From: Lytechinus pictus
Taxonomy: Eukaryota
Length of the DNA: 64,000 nt
Direction of reading: 5' to 3'
Assembly (NCBI RefSeq): GCF_037042905.1
Contig: NC_087245.1
Coordinates: forward strand, 14,386,001 to 14,450,000
Part shown: piece by piece, positions 1 through 12,338 of the stretch
Position numbering within the stretch: the stretch's first letter is position 1
How the letters are laid out: each line of letters starts with the position of its first letter
Made by a program: the position numbers and the translations under genes
Notes under the pieces: model-generated
The model's database searches: none
The model's input: only the letters and a program-made list of their open reading frames with translations
What the model was told of the DNA's origin: nothing

Positions 1-22
1 ACTTTTCCAACTGTAAAATTAG

Positions 23-79
23 GTAAGAAGCATATGGAACGGCATCGATGAAGGCAGCAAAGAAATTGTCTATGCCACG
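23..79 (+). CDS. Tetraspanin internal exon (EC2 N-terminal helix, VRSIWNGIDEGSKEIVYAT); the gene continues upstream of the window
   Basis: AG at 21-22 and GTAAGT donor at 80; 57 nt, phase 0, in frame with the CCG exon at 1469. The 5' boundary is less certain. Confidence 0.6.
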
Positions 80-1468
80 GTAAGTCTTAAAAAATGATAT
101 TTCGATTATCTTACCCTTAATAGATTGGAAGTGGCTAGTAAGATCACACTCCGCGATTCTTTTGATTAGAAACATGAATGAATGTCGTATTTAGATCCAA
201 TGAAAATGACGATTGTCACTTATAATACATCCAATGATTTTATTGCATAATGCGATTTCGATTTTCAAACACCAGGGCTAGCATTCCCCCTTTACGGAGC
301 CCCTGACATGGCAATTCTATTTTTACTCCTACCAACGAATTCGTTCCTCCGAATAGATAACTCGTTCCCTAACGCGTTCCCTCGAGTTATCGAGGTAAAT
401 ATCGAGGGCCCGTCTTACGTTTTATCCGATCATGGACCTATTACGAATAGGTCCATGATCCGATCGACCTCAACCATATGGAAATCCATCCACATCTTAA
501 TATTTTCTGCAGGGAATTTACACGATGTCCTTTGTAAACAAAGAGAAGCACACTATATTTTCAAGACATCGATGACTGTATGAGTGCCTACATCATATCC
601 AGAAATTTCCGAAACAAACATGCATTTTATATGTTGACATTACTGGCTTTCTATAGCTGTGGTTGATTGGCTCACGGGCCCCTGGTCTGGACGGATGCAA
701 AAGCGCAGTTTCATCCAAGTCCAGGATGGACGTTGTTATAGGGAATCTATCTTTCCTAAATTTTACGTAGAGGAACAGACTCCCAATAAGTGCTAATCTT
801 CTAAGGCCACCCACAATTATTTCTCCATAAGCTAATGTTAAAAAAATGAGATTGGATAAAATCACTAACAATCATTGTTAATAATGCCGCGAATCATACC
901 TTGGTACCTGATAGACCGTCAAATGTGCTTCATTTCCTTACAATATAAGGATATGTTTTTCAGCCCCCCCCCCCCCGTAGGGGTTGAATTAAACTAAATG
1001 AGCTGCAGCAGAAGTATTGATAGGTTTTCTTGAACAACTAACTACGTCCCAATAAAATACTCAAAGGACCAAAATATGATCCTACTTCATTGGGCTTATT
1101 TGAATAAGTCCCAACGTATTATGTTCATGTGATAAAAAGTTCTCAGATGTGCATTATTGATTTTATATGAATTCATTTCTATGTACTACGTCGATTAAGG
1201 TACGGGTCGGGGGAATCCCTGATAATGACCGGAAGTAATTAGTGATGGTGTGCATCCCTAGGTTAAAGAAAATGGGAATCGGTCCCTTTAAGTAAGCTGT
1301 GTGAAAGGTATAGCTTCTTCTTTTTCATCTCCCAATCTGCATTGATATAATCCCGGAACAATATAAAAATATATTTTTTTAAAAGTATTATTGGCAATTT
1401 TCATACCCTTTTATCATGTTTTATAACACAGGTTTATTTTCTCCCCGTAAAACATTCTCTTTAAACAG

Positions 1469-1525
1469 TTCAAATGTTGCGGAGTAGACGATCAAGCATG
1501 CGTTATTGCAAATCCTACTTATGAG
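1469..1525 (+). CDS. Tetraspanin exon with CCG motif (FKCCGVDDQACVIANPTYE)
   Basis: ttctctttaaacAG acceptor, GTAAGA donor at 1526; 57 nt, phase 0/0; CCG is the tetraspanin EC2 signature. Confidence 0.85.
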
Positions 1526-1798
1526 GTAAGAAACGCATTGTTTACAAATAACTTCTTTTAATTTTCGGCCAATGATGATGTTTCCCCCTGAATTTATTTT
1601 TATTTATTTTGTCTATGTGGATGAGATCTGTCATACACTTAAGGTGCAAATGCTGATTTAAATTCGGGGTTATATAGATAAACTTCCAAGTTTACATTAT
1701 TTTGTTAAACTTATTCATTCCAATTTTGTGAACAAATCGCTGTTAACTAACATCGTTATACCACCTCCCCCTTTCTAAATAAATAAAATCAATTGCAG

Positions 1799-1885
1799 GT
1801 TGGCTGTATTGGAAAGCTTCGGAGTGCTTTCAAAGAACTAAACATTGTGACCATTTGTGTGGCAGTTGCGGCAGCCCTGTTACAG
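1799..1885 (+). CDS. Tetraspanin exon, end of EC2 and first half of TM4 (VGCIGKLRSAFKELNIVTICVAVAAALLQ)
   Basis: ttgcAG acceptor, GTAGG donor at 1886; 87 nt, phase 0/0; conserved xGC cysteine and TM4 polar Q at the exon end, typical of tetraspanins. Confidence 0.85.
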
Positions 1886-2149
1886 GTAGGAACCATGCAT
1901 ATTCTTGAAAAAAAAAAAACTATAAAGGCAAGGTGTGGAGCAAATCCTTCCCAATACCATGGATGTATGACACAAAACCCAAATTTAATATATTTTTATG
2001 AACAAATTTTAAATCAATTATGATAAAAACATTGACTTAAAGAGAGTGAAGGCTAGCAGATGGTCTACTGCACTTGAAGTAAGCAAGTTATTGTTTTTTT
2101 TTATATTCAGTTTCCCATACAAGAAGGACGATTCAGATAGCCGAATACC

Positions 2150-2480
2150 ATCGGCTTTTCCCATTTTGATCTACTATCCATTCGGTCCAATTGCCGAATG
2201 GTCTACTACGTACTTTGTCTAATACCCACTTTGTATAATTTTCACATAGTCCAATGCCCATGCAGTTGGTATAACTATATATATTTACTAATAATTATCA
2301 ATTAATTATTTCATTTTTACTTTGACAATATTTTGGTTCATGAACAGTTCATCTAACTATTTGGACTAAATGGTGTTAGACCAAATGGATATAAGAAAAA
2401 ATAGCCTAACTGTAAATTAAGCAGGATGAATGGGTTAATTGGCAAGTAGCCCAATTTTTAGTAGACGAACTTTTTGAAGG
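2150..2480. repeat. Degenerate inverted array of short GTCTA/TAGAC-containing repeats (old foldback-like remnant) in a tetraspanin intron
   Basis: The left half has repeated ggtctact/gtctaat/gtccaat; the right half has the complements tagacc/ttggact/gtagac. No clean termini. Confidence 0.35.
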
Positions 2481-2507
2481 CAGACTAGGATCATGTGGGA
2501 TGTGACT

Positions 2508-2706
2508 ATTATTTTCACTATTATTTTCATTATTGTTATTATTATTATTATTGGTATTATTATTATTATGATTATTATCATTATTATTATTGTTATTATT
2601 ATTGTTATTATTATCATTATTATTATTATTATCATTATTGTCATCATCATCATCATCGTCGTCGTCGTCGTCATCATCACTCGCATTACAAGTATCATTA
2701 TCATTA
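2508..2706. repeat. Compound trinucleotide microsatellite (ATT)n-(ATC)n-(GTC)n
   Basis: Directly visible; explains the poly-I/Y/N/D ORFs in the track. Confidence 0.95.
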
Positions 2707-2760
2707 CTCTTGCTAAAATACCTTTTCATAATTATTGTTAACTTCTTTGTCATCTTCCAG

Positions 2761-2836
2761 ATACTTGCTATCATCATGTCATGCTTTCTCGCCTGCAACA
2801 GAAAGGAACACGTCGAAAACCAAGTCGTACCTTTGC
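2761..2836 (+). CDS. Tetraspanin exon, second half of TM4 and cytoplasmic tail (ILAIIMSCFLACNRKEHVENQVVPL)
   Basis: catcttccAG acceptor, GTAAGT donor at 2837 (phase 1); juxtamembrane cysteines. Read-through would give RKY* at 2847. Confidence 0.8.
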
Positions 2837-3635
2837 GTAAGTATTAGTTAATCCACTCCGTTTCAAAAACTTATTTAATCGGTCACTATGTAAAGAACAA
2901 AAGGAGACGCAACTTTTCTTTCTTCATTAGCATATTGTGATGCATTTATTTAATAACAATTACCTTGACTGTTATGTATCATGAATGTATAAAACAATAA
3001 AATGATAAATGGACGCTATCGGGGAGGGTCAATTGATATTCGCAAGATCCTCCCTTACCGAAGACATTTTCGAAATACAAAATTAAATATTAGCTGTTTG
3101 CTACAATCAAATATGTTACTCTATGCGGCTGTGGTGATTTTTAGTCTAGATGGGGGTACGGTGAAGGGGGGGGGGGCAGGGAGAAATCGCCTGGCAAACA
3201 TATCGATTTGCCCCCATCCCTAATAATTTGACAACTTGGAAAATAAGATAATATAAGATGAAAACATGTTTTTAAACAGTATTGGAAGCACTTTAAACTA
3301 TAAAACTTGGCTTAAAATGCTATTAAATCTATAAACTTGTCACTTTTTCGGCGTGCTTTTCGCCTGAAATTCTGTATTATAATTCGGCGTAAAAAATTTT
3401 CGACATTTTTTTTCTCGGACAAATGGGTCGCAATTATCCCCAATGAGGTCTAAAATACACTAAAATGCAGTCCTTTGAAATTTTCTATTGGGGTTGAAAT
3501 CGCCCCCATCCTGTTATATTGCTTTAAAAAAATAAACGTATGTGACAAAGATTTTCAAGTTCAGATTGATTGCAATGTGATGACATAAGAATTGAGACAG
3601 AAAATGTTTGTACTTTTTATGGCATTACAAATTAC

Positions 3636-3657
3636 ATTATTATTATTATTATAGTAA

Positions 3658-3720
<63 letters not shown>

Positions 3721-3785
3721 AAGAAGTAGTAGTAGTAGTATATAGTTAATATAATAATAATAAGAAGAAGAAGAAGAAGAAGAAA
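3636..3785. repeat. Compound microsatellite (ATT)n-(AGT)n-(AAT)n-(AAG)n
   Basis: Directly visible. Confidence 0.95.
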
Positions 3786-3963
3786 GTGAATTAAAGAATT
3801 AATAGATAAAAATAAGAAATATTCTTGCTCGTTCGAAAATATTGCACTGTGAATAATCTTTGCATGTCAATCATGTTTGATATGCCTTTTCACAAAAATT
3901 AAATCTATAACTTTCATTTCGAGTTTAAACACTTTTAATCGTCTCATTTTTTTGGTTATACAG

Positions 3964-3986
3964 AGCCACGTGGAGGATATCGGTAA
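3964..3986 (+). CDS. Probable terminal coding exon of the tetraspanin (QPRGGYR*)
   Basis: Poly-T ...ggttatacAG acceptor; phase 1 matches the donor at 2837; TAA at 3984-3986. Confidence 0.55.
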
Positions 3987-5109
3987 AATACGCAATGGAA
4001 CCAAAACAATAATAAATAATTATTTATGAATTAACTAGTTGCGGAAATTAATACAAATAAGAAATAATAATTCGGGTAATTTATGCTTGGTAAGTGGATA
4101 TTTTTTCGAAGTTCAATGGTGAGAAATATCACAAAGTTAGAGTTTCAAGGTTAGTTGCAGTGAATGAAAGGTTTGAATATTAAACATGAATATGAAAGGG
4201 GAAACTTCTATATTCAATGATGGTGTGAAAATGACCTTGAAGATTGTGAAGCAAAGTTAATATTGCGAAATCATAATATCTACTAAGCAAAAAGTTTACA
4301 ACTAAACAATTGTAATTTAGAAATCAGTGATGAATGATATATATCACTTTATGAAAAACTGTTTTATTCCAAAATAATTGGTATCATTTTCACCAGGAGA
4401 TACTGTTTTATACAAGAGATCCAAAATCAACTTGCGCCATATATTGCCTCTTTCATTAATTTTTTTTTTAATTCATAAAAACACGAAGAGCAGTACCGTA
4501 AAATGATACCAAATTGTTTGGGATGAAGTTCATGGGGAAGTTTTCTTTCAAAATTATGATGTATAATTATTTACAGTTCATCTAAAGTAATCGGCCATTA
4601 AGAGTTACCTTTGTTTTAAACTCCGGCGCCCGAAATGTTTGGTATGCAGTCGAGATTTTTATTTTTTCGGATTTGTGTATAGTGAGTGAATTAGCAGAAC
4701 ATGTTTGTGCAATCGTCTTTGTTTTTTTGTTCGAATTTCATATTCTTATTATGAAAAGTCCCTTACAGAGGTATGAAATTGAAAAAGATTCAGATAGTTC
4801 TACTGCAATTTTTTCGCAGGATATTCAACACAAGAACCCCGGATTATTATTCAAAGTATGATTATAATAGCTAGTTGCTTGGTGTACCGTCAAACCGCTA
4901 TATACACTCTTTCTACTTCACCATGGAAACCTTCAGAAGTTTTGTGATATTTTTTCCGAGCAACATACATCATCCTTATTCTATTTAATAGGGTTTACAA
5001 TGAAAATATCGTGAAAGAGTGCTGGTTTTAAATTAATCAATAAGCTCATACAACAAGCTGGGCTTATACCAATTGCTTTATAAATATAGATTTATTTTCT
5101 TGCTGCTCT

Positions 5110-5306
5110 CAGGGGCGAATCCAGGATTTTCCAAAAAAGGGTTCAGAAAATTCTGACAAGCAACACACAAAAAAAGGTCTTCACTTTATACGTATGCCAA
5201 ACATTTAACTGAAAATATTTTCACGGCTCTCAATGGCGGGGGGGGGGGGGAGCACGAGCCGGATGAGCCCCTCCCACTCCACCCCCTCCACCTGCATCCG
5301 CCACTG
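5110..5306. mobile_element. Short hAT-like MITE
   Basis: Termini CAGGGGCGAATCCAGG / CCTGCATCCGCCACTG; 8-bp TSD gctgctct / gctgcact (1 mismatch). Confidence 0.75.
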
Positions 5307-7096
5307 GCTGCACTGATTTGATGCTTATAGCTGTGTGTTAATGCATTACTTTAAAAACAGAACCACAACAAATAAAGAGTTTCAATGGGTTATAGAATTT
5401 GTCGCATTATGCCGCCAAATCTTATTGGTCTTTTCTGTGCTTGTCATGCATGTATATTGCAGCTACTTGATCATGTTGATGTTATGCTTATCATTGGTTC
5501 TTTATTACATATGAAAACTACCAAACTCAATCCCCCCTCTCATTTTTCTTTACAATTTTAATTGAATTGTTATAATTATATTATTCTATGTAACTTTTCC
5601 GGCTGACATTATATTTTGCATTTATACCTTATCTTCGGTACTGTATATTGTAAATGGCTGAACAAATATTATTGGAGATTTATTTTTGACAATCGTCGAG
5701 TTTATTTGGGCGTGTGAAACGATAGTAAACAATATATTGTGTCCTCAAATGGAATAATTTTGTGTACGCTCTTCTGTGTGATAGCGAATATCGTGTAAAT
5801 AATGTTGATTTATCATGTTTATATGAATGATAAAATAAATTATTGTAAATTTGTTGAAAATCTTATTTGCGTAAGCCTACTTGAGTGTTTTATAATTATA
5901 CATTATGCAAGCGTGTGCTTTGAAAAAGCCCCTAAACAAACAGATACATTAAATACACGTATATGCACATTCATGTGTATAGGGCAGGAGAGGAGATTAG
6001 CCAATGACCAAACAAAAATCGTTATAATTTTTAGAAATTCACGTTTTCACTTTTGATCCGTTTCTTTGATCTAGGATATCAAGTATATGTATTAAGACTA
6101 TAGCAAATCTGAAATTTTAATAATTTTACCTATTATTCGGTCCAATTAGCACGGCAATGTTGACTTTACATAAGGCTGATAAACACAACAAATACAAGAT
6201 ATTTCTCGTTGTAACATTCTTTTGATGTCGCTGAGCTTTTTACTGTTTTCATAAAATTACATTGATAAAAATACTTTGTATATTATATTTTCTGTTTGAA
6301 TAATAAAATCTGCAGTGTCTTTCTCATGCTAAAATGTTGTTGTTTGTTTCTTATATTTTAGCTTATAATGTGCTTGTTTTTTTTTTTTTTTTTTTTTTTT
6401 TTTTTGGAGGGGGGGTCTGGCGGGACTTGGGTCTAGGAGGGGAAGGAGACAAGTGGACGGGACGATCGAGACAAGATAGATATATATATATTCATCGCTA
6501 ATAGGTATTAGGGCCAAGGGTACCAGGAGCGGGGAGGGGCAGAGGGCGGCATATATGGGCGTGGATGGGTAAAGGATTGAGAGGTCCAATTTGAATGGCA
6601 CAATGTAAGTAATGCTTGGGCCATTATTATGGCAAATATTTACGAATAAATCTGTGAAATTCATACAGGATTAAACAACAAAGTCTAAATTGTCAATAGA
6701 AAAGAGTAAGAGGAGATGAATAAGTGTAACTTTTTGTTGTTAAAAGAAGGTATAAAGGCAAGGGGGAAATGGGGAAGAGAAATGGGCTAAGAGAATAAAG
6801 TGAGGGGCTTGTCAAAAGATAAAAGGTTTAAAGAACAAGAAGGCAAAGAAGAAGAAGAAGAAGGTCGTCGAAGATGAAGAACAAAAAGGAGGAGGAAAAT
6901 AATAAGAAGGAGAACAGAGAGAGAGAGAGAGAGAGAGAAAGAGGGAGCAGGGTGCCAGAATTGAAATTGAATTGAATTAAATAAAAACAATCGATGCATT
7001 TGCGAGGTACATTCTAACTTCTGCCATATCATAGCAAAGACAACGCACCCAACAATTTAATGAGATTGATTGTGCACTCATATTTTTCTCATTTCG

Positions 7097-7193
7097 GGGG
7101 CGTCGTGGTCTAGTGGTTACGACTCTCGTCTTTCAATTTGAGGGACGTGAGTTCGATTCCCAACCATAGCGTGTTTTTCTTCAGCAAGAAATT
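7097..7193 (+). mobile_element. tRNA-derived SINE, 5' head only
   Basis: Pol III A-box-like TGGTCTAGTGG and B-box-like GTTCGATTCC; closely similar to the SINE at 31154. Confidence 0.8.
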
Positions 7194-8105
7194 TCGCTGC
7201 TTCGCTGTATCCTTTTTAAGATTACTGAAAGTGCCTATAATGTCCAGTTATCAGGTCTGAATTAAAAAAAATTAAGCCCGCGTTTCGAACGCGCATGATT
7301 TGATAAGTGAGACATGTATCCTCTTGATGAATTCATACAAAAATCTTTTCAAAAATATTCCCTTTTCAGGTCAATATATAGTCAAAATAGAGGACTCGCG
7401 CTTCACGATCGCAATATTCATTTAGGCCTTATGAAATATGTTTTAATTTATATAAATACATTCATATTCTTGTCGATATTGAATTGAATATAATTCAATT
7501 GAATTTAATTGCGATTAAAAAAGAAAAGATTACAGCCAAAGTGTTATCGAAAGGAGGAATTGGCTTAAAAAGGAAAGAATTAGGGTAGCAAATTCCCCAG
7601 ATGTAATCAAACTGCTGATAAATATACAATCACTGAAACGCAGATCACCAATGAAACAAAACAGCGTGAAAGAGCATATACTAGAGAAAGAGAGAGAGAG
7701 AGATAGAGAGAGGGTGGGGTAGTATAGCAATATATTTTATTTATTTCCATATAAAAATCACTAGCAAAATACATGAAAATCAAGAAATATTTGCGGCGGA
7801 AGTCCATTTTTAATATAAGTGGAATTTACTGAATGGCATTGTTCTTTTGGGGTCCTAAAAATGAGGTATAAGTATATTGCCTCCCCCCAAAAGAAAGACT
7901 CAAGTTCGGAGTGACGCCCATATGCTTCATGGTAGAACTTTGTTGAGTGGATGGGATATGGTCGAGAGGATATTATACCCCCTCCCCCTCGCTCTCCCGA
8001 CCTCGGCCAGACCTCAACCTGTATCGTCGAAAATGTTTCCCAATGGGCCCTAAGCCAGTGCCCTATACCTTGGGAGTGTTGACATTTGCATTTAAAATGC
8101 CTATA

Positions 8106-9026
8106 CAGTGCGTATTAAAAAAAACGGGACAGTTTTGAAAAGTCTATCAAAATTTTGTTTCAAATTATGATGTGTATATGTTAATGTTAATAGATGCTCT
8201 GATTTCTTATCTTTCAAATGCCATTAAAAAAATGAGTTTCGTTCATGCTTGAGCGAACACGAAAGTTTTTGTAAGGGGTTAAAAAAAAGGCTTGCACCAA
8301 ATGGCATAAAATTAGAAAATATTGATCATCAGACTTCTAGCTAGTTTTTATTCAACTTGCTCTCATTTTTTTTATTTCTTCATCAATTATGTTCATATTT
8401 GGAATATATGATCCTTAATATGTGTCCATGAGGATGATGAGGTCGAAGGTCATCTAGGGGTCAAAAGGTCAAATGATATTTATTCATGTCCATCCTTTTT
8501 TGAAGTTTTTGTTCAACTTGCTCTCATTTCTTTATTTCTGTATCAATTACGTTCATACTTGGTACATATGATCCTTGGGTAATACTACATGTGTATCCAT
8601 GAAGATACACTTTCACTGCTGTAAGATACCATATAAACAAATACAGAACAATTCAAGTAAGATTTCAAAATGAATAGAATTCGAAAATCTTTTTATGGCA
8701 AAGATAATGAAAAGATTAACAGGAGATTTACTGATTAGATTCAGATTTATTTCCAACAGAACATAAAGAATAAGCAATTAATTAGCAAGAATTCTGATGA
8801 TCAATATTTTATGCCATTTGGCGCAAGCCTTTTTTTTTGAACACCTGACAAAAACGTTTCGTGTTCGCTAGCTCAAGCATGAATGAACGAAACTAAATTT
8901 TTTAAATGGCATTTGAATTAAAGATAAGACATTAGAGCATCTTTTAACATCAAAATATAGACATCATAATTTGAAACGAAATTTTGATAGACTTTTCAAA
9001 ACTGTCCCGTTTTTTTATACGCACTG
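8106..9026. mobile_element. Tc1/mariner-type non-autonomous element with ~230-bp TIRs
   Basis: TA|CAGTGCGTAT...ATACGCACTG|TA; long inverted repeats ~8106-8335 vs ~8790-9026; internal direct repeat ~8343-8420 / ~8504-8577; no transposase ORF. Confidence 0.85.
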
Positions 9027-10109
9027 TAGTCAGGCGCTCCGGAACACTTTCAGTTTTAGGGGGGCAAAATCCCGAAGGGGGCACAATATTTTTGACAGCG
9101 TGAGTTACCGAAGCGATCGAGCGGGAGAGGGTGTGGGACCCCCCACGGTAAGGACTTTGTGTAAAAATGGAGTATAAAAGTTGCGTTTCTAAGAGCATTC
9201 AAAAATAAATTTCTTGAGAAGTAAACATAGAATTCACTACGAAAGCCTATACTCATAATTTATGAGAACCTATGATATCTACGCGCAAAACGATCGCTTC
9301 GGAATGTGGTTTTCATGTCTGATCAACTAAATTACGTATTACGCTTATATTGACTCAAACTACCAGAAATTACATTTTCATGCAATATCCTTTCAGAAAC
9401 ATTTATTTGTGTACATTTACATACACGGACGACGCGAGAGAGCACAATCATCATAATTTTCAAGTAATTCATGTCAGAACAAGGAGTGTATTAAGCAGAA
9501 GCGTAACAACAGAAGCAAAAGAAATTCTAATTAATGTCTTTTCAAATTCAAAATGTCATACTGTTCTGACGTGGCAGACGTCGATAAGCGCTTAAATCCC
9601 CAGTCTATGCAAATCATTTCTGACATCAGCATTAGAGATAGTCCCTGATTATCCATGCATGGGCAATACGTTTCATATTTTGTAACTGGAGGAAAAAGAA
9701 ATATGACAAGCTTAATTGTCTAACAATTTAAAACTTTTCTGAAAATCATTAAAGTTTAAAACATTACTCGATTTATGTGTTTCCTTTTTGCATGTTTTGT
9801 ATGGCTGGGAAGCACTTTTGGATGACTCCTTCAAAATCTTCTTTTTTCTTTACATATTTTCTGGGGAAAATGTGACCATAACTAGGAAATGATGAATATC
9901 AAATTCCAGGAAATATTCATTTGTAAATAATCATGAACTGATTAACAAACTACCGCAGTTCATAATGTACATTATGTAACATTATTTAGAAGAAAACAAT
10001 TACATTCCAATAGCGGATGTGGTTGACGGTACACCATGTGGAGTTTTCGAAAAAGTGGATAGAGGAAGAAGTGAAATTGATATATATAGGGGAGGAAGTG
10101 GACAGTTGA

Positions 10110-10352
10110 TAGTCGAGTAAATTTTTTTTTAATGAGCGTAGTCCTGAAAAAGACAGTAAACCAGAAAAGGTTGAAGAGGCTTGAGTAGTTGATAGATGAG
10201 TACTCCTGCTCTGCACTCCATTCGCCGACTCAAGCTAGCATCTTCTCATTTATCCAATAATCCAACTACTCAAGCCTCTTTAACTCTTTAACCTTTTCTG
10301 TTTTACAGTCATTTGCAGAACTACACACATTTTCAAGAAATATTACTCTAGG
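10110..10352. mobile_element. Degenerate hairpin-type MITE remnant
   Basis: cagaaaaggttgaagaggcttgagtagttg is inverted as caactactcaagcctc...aaccttttctg; termini eroded. Confidence 0.5.
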
Positions 10353-10431
10353 ACCTATACTCTCAATATTCCAATTTCCCGCCTCGAGATGTTATGGTTT
10401 CTGGGCTTGACAGCTATGACATAGATTCCAT

Positions 10432-10722
10432 ATAATAATAATAATAACAATATAGGGTATTTATAATGATATTTATATCCACCTTGTTAGGTGCTCAAGG
10501 CGCTCAAGGCGCTCCTATATTACCCGGCTAAGCTAGGCGTTCATAGCGCACACAGCTTTTTAAGGAATTACTTCCTACCGGTACCCATTTACCTTACCTG
10601 GGTTGAGTGCAGCACATTGTGGATCAGTTTCTTGCTGAAGGAAATTACGCCATGGCTGGGATTCGAACCCACGACCCTCTGTTTCAAAGTCCGAAGACTA
10701 ATCCACTGGGCCACAACGCTCC
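10432..10722 (-). mobile_element. Full-length tRNA-derived SINE
   Basis: The minus strand begins GGAGCGTTGTGGCCCAGTGG (A box) ...GGTTCGAATCCC (B box), followed by the central domain tgcactcaacccagg...aaatgggtacc and an (ATT)n tail. Confidence 0.9.
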
Positions 10723-11114
10723 ACACAATGTTGCTCGAGTAACTAGCGTTCACGCGCGTTAGTGATATCGGGTCCGGTCTGAGCGTTTCTTGGCGACAGC
10801 GCTTCCGGCGCCCATGACTGTAGTACATCAATACCCAATCAGTAAACCGGTCAATAAAAGGGTAAATTGCATAAGAGATGATCAAACACTGAGCGAAGGA
10901 CGCAATTTGCATGTCGGCTCGTGATGGTTTAATAGTAGGTCCTATGAGCATAGGCCATAGCTATGGTATGAGCAGGGAAGTATAACACTTCCCTGGTATG
11001 AGCATTGCAGGGCTGGGTTTATTGCAAGGAGATGAGCTCTGCACGCAATTACAGCTGGACAACCGATTTGGAAAATGGCAACTTTTGTCACTGCCCGACA
11101 GTAGTTCATCAAGG

Positions 11115-11289
11115 ATGGATGCGTGGCGGTATGTTATTGTCGTAGCGAAGTTCATGTGCCACTTCATAGCCGTTGGACTGGTCAAGTCACTGTCAGTTCT
11201 CATCCCACCCTTGGTCATCCAACTCGACATCGAGCAAGCGACCGCTGGCCTTCTCGTTTCAGTGCAATTTGGAGTGTATTTGATGGCTA
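11115..11289 (+). CDS. SLC16/monocarboxylate transporter-family MFS protein, coding exon 1 (start may be ATG 10998)
   Basis: AWRYVIVVAKFMCHFIAVGLVKSLSVLIP resembles SLC16 TM1; GTAAGT donor at 11290, phase 1, joins exon 2 as ...LMAS-PISL. Confidence 0.8.
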
Positions 11290-11539
11290 GTAAGTAATTC
11301 AACTTTCACCTTTTCTTTTGTTCGGCAATCAGCAGTATCCTGTACGTAGCTGTACTGGCTGATTTGCTGCACAAATTGGAGAATATATATCTTTTCTGTA
11401 GTGATATGCAATCTTAATCACTATTGGTGATGAGAAGGAGGTGGGGGAGGGGAAGGGGTGAATTAACAAAGGAGATACATCAACAAATTAAAGCCATGCC
11501 TTCCCTGAAACCGTACAAAACTGGTAATTGCAAGTTAAA

Positions 11540-12338
11540 GAATCATTGTTCCGATTTGGCTGAATAGAGCCAACAACTTGATGTTGATGGTACACTCATT
11601 AGACCATCAGAAAAAATACGAAACCTCGGTGTCATATTTGATTCCCGCATGTCAATGTCGTACCATATCTCTCATATCTGTAGCACAGTCACTTTTTATT
11701 TAAGGAACATTTCTAGAATCAGAAGCGGGATCAGAAGGTTCATTGACCAGTCTGCCTGTCACAATGCTGTTCGTTCATTGGTTCTGTCTCGTATCGATTA
11801 TTGCAGGCTCCTTTCTATATATATATACAATTCCCTCTAATCAATTAATCCGTATTCAACGACTACAAAATTGGGCAGCACGATTAATTTTACATGTTTC
11901 CCGAGATCATCCTTCCCAACCACTCTTTAATTCTCTTCACTGGCTTCCTTTTAAACAGAGAATTACGTTCAAATTACTCTTGATTGTCTACAAAACACTG
12001 AATAAACAGGCTCCACAGTATTTAAGTAACTGCTTGAATCTGTATACGCCAACTAGAGCACTTAGGTCGGCCAGTGATCACCTTCGCCTCACATATTCAT
12101 TAACTCGTACACAAGCTGGTGACGGAACTTTTACGGTGTCGGCTTCAAAATCCTGGAACGACCTGCCACTAATAATTAGACAGTCTCCAACATTAGCAAT
12201 TTTCAAAAAGTCATTAAAAACTCATCTCTTTCGTACTTTGTAGTTTTTAAAATATTACATTTAATTAATTCATTGTAAGCGCTTTGGGCCTAATGGGAAA
12301 AGCGCAGTACAAATAATAATTAATAATGATAATAATAA
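11540..12338 (+). mobile_element. 5'-truncated L2/CR1-group LINE (RT C-terminus and 3' tail), frameshifted
   Basis: NLGVIFDS, SRIDYC, LQNWAARL, LHWLP, WNDLP motifs; 3' end gtaagcgctttggg...aaaagcgc...aaat followed by (AAT)n. Confidence 0.9.

Noticed and set aside
293..315. tacggagcc...gacatggc resembling the TAC terminus at 24302
   Set aside because: No matching inverted end or TSD found nearby; at most a solo fragment.
2406..2847. Cluster of poly-I, poly-Y, poly-N/D and poly-L/S ORFs
   Set aside because: Translations of a trinucleotide microsatellite; only 2761-2836 is a real exon.
7097..7170. tRNA-like sequences (also 10650-10722 minus and 31154-31225)
   Set aside because: They run straight into SINE body sequence and lack a clean cloverleaf; these are SINE heads, not tRNA genes.
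10740..10860. GC-rich patch with CTTCCGG and CCAAT as the SLC16 promoter
   Set aside because: The position is plausible, but short motifs alone cannot support a call without TSS data.
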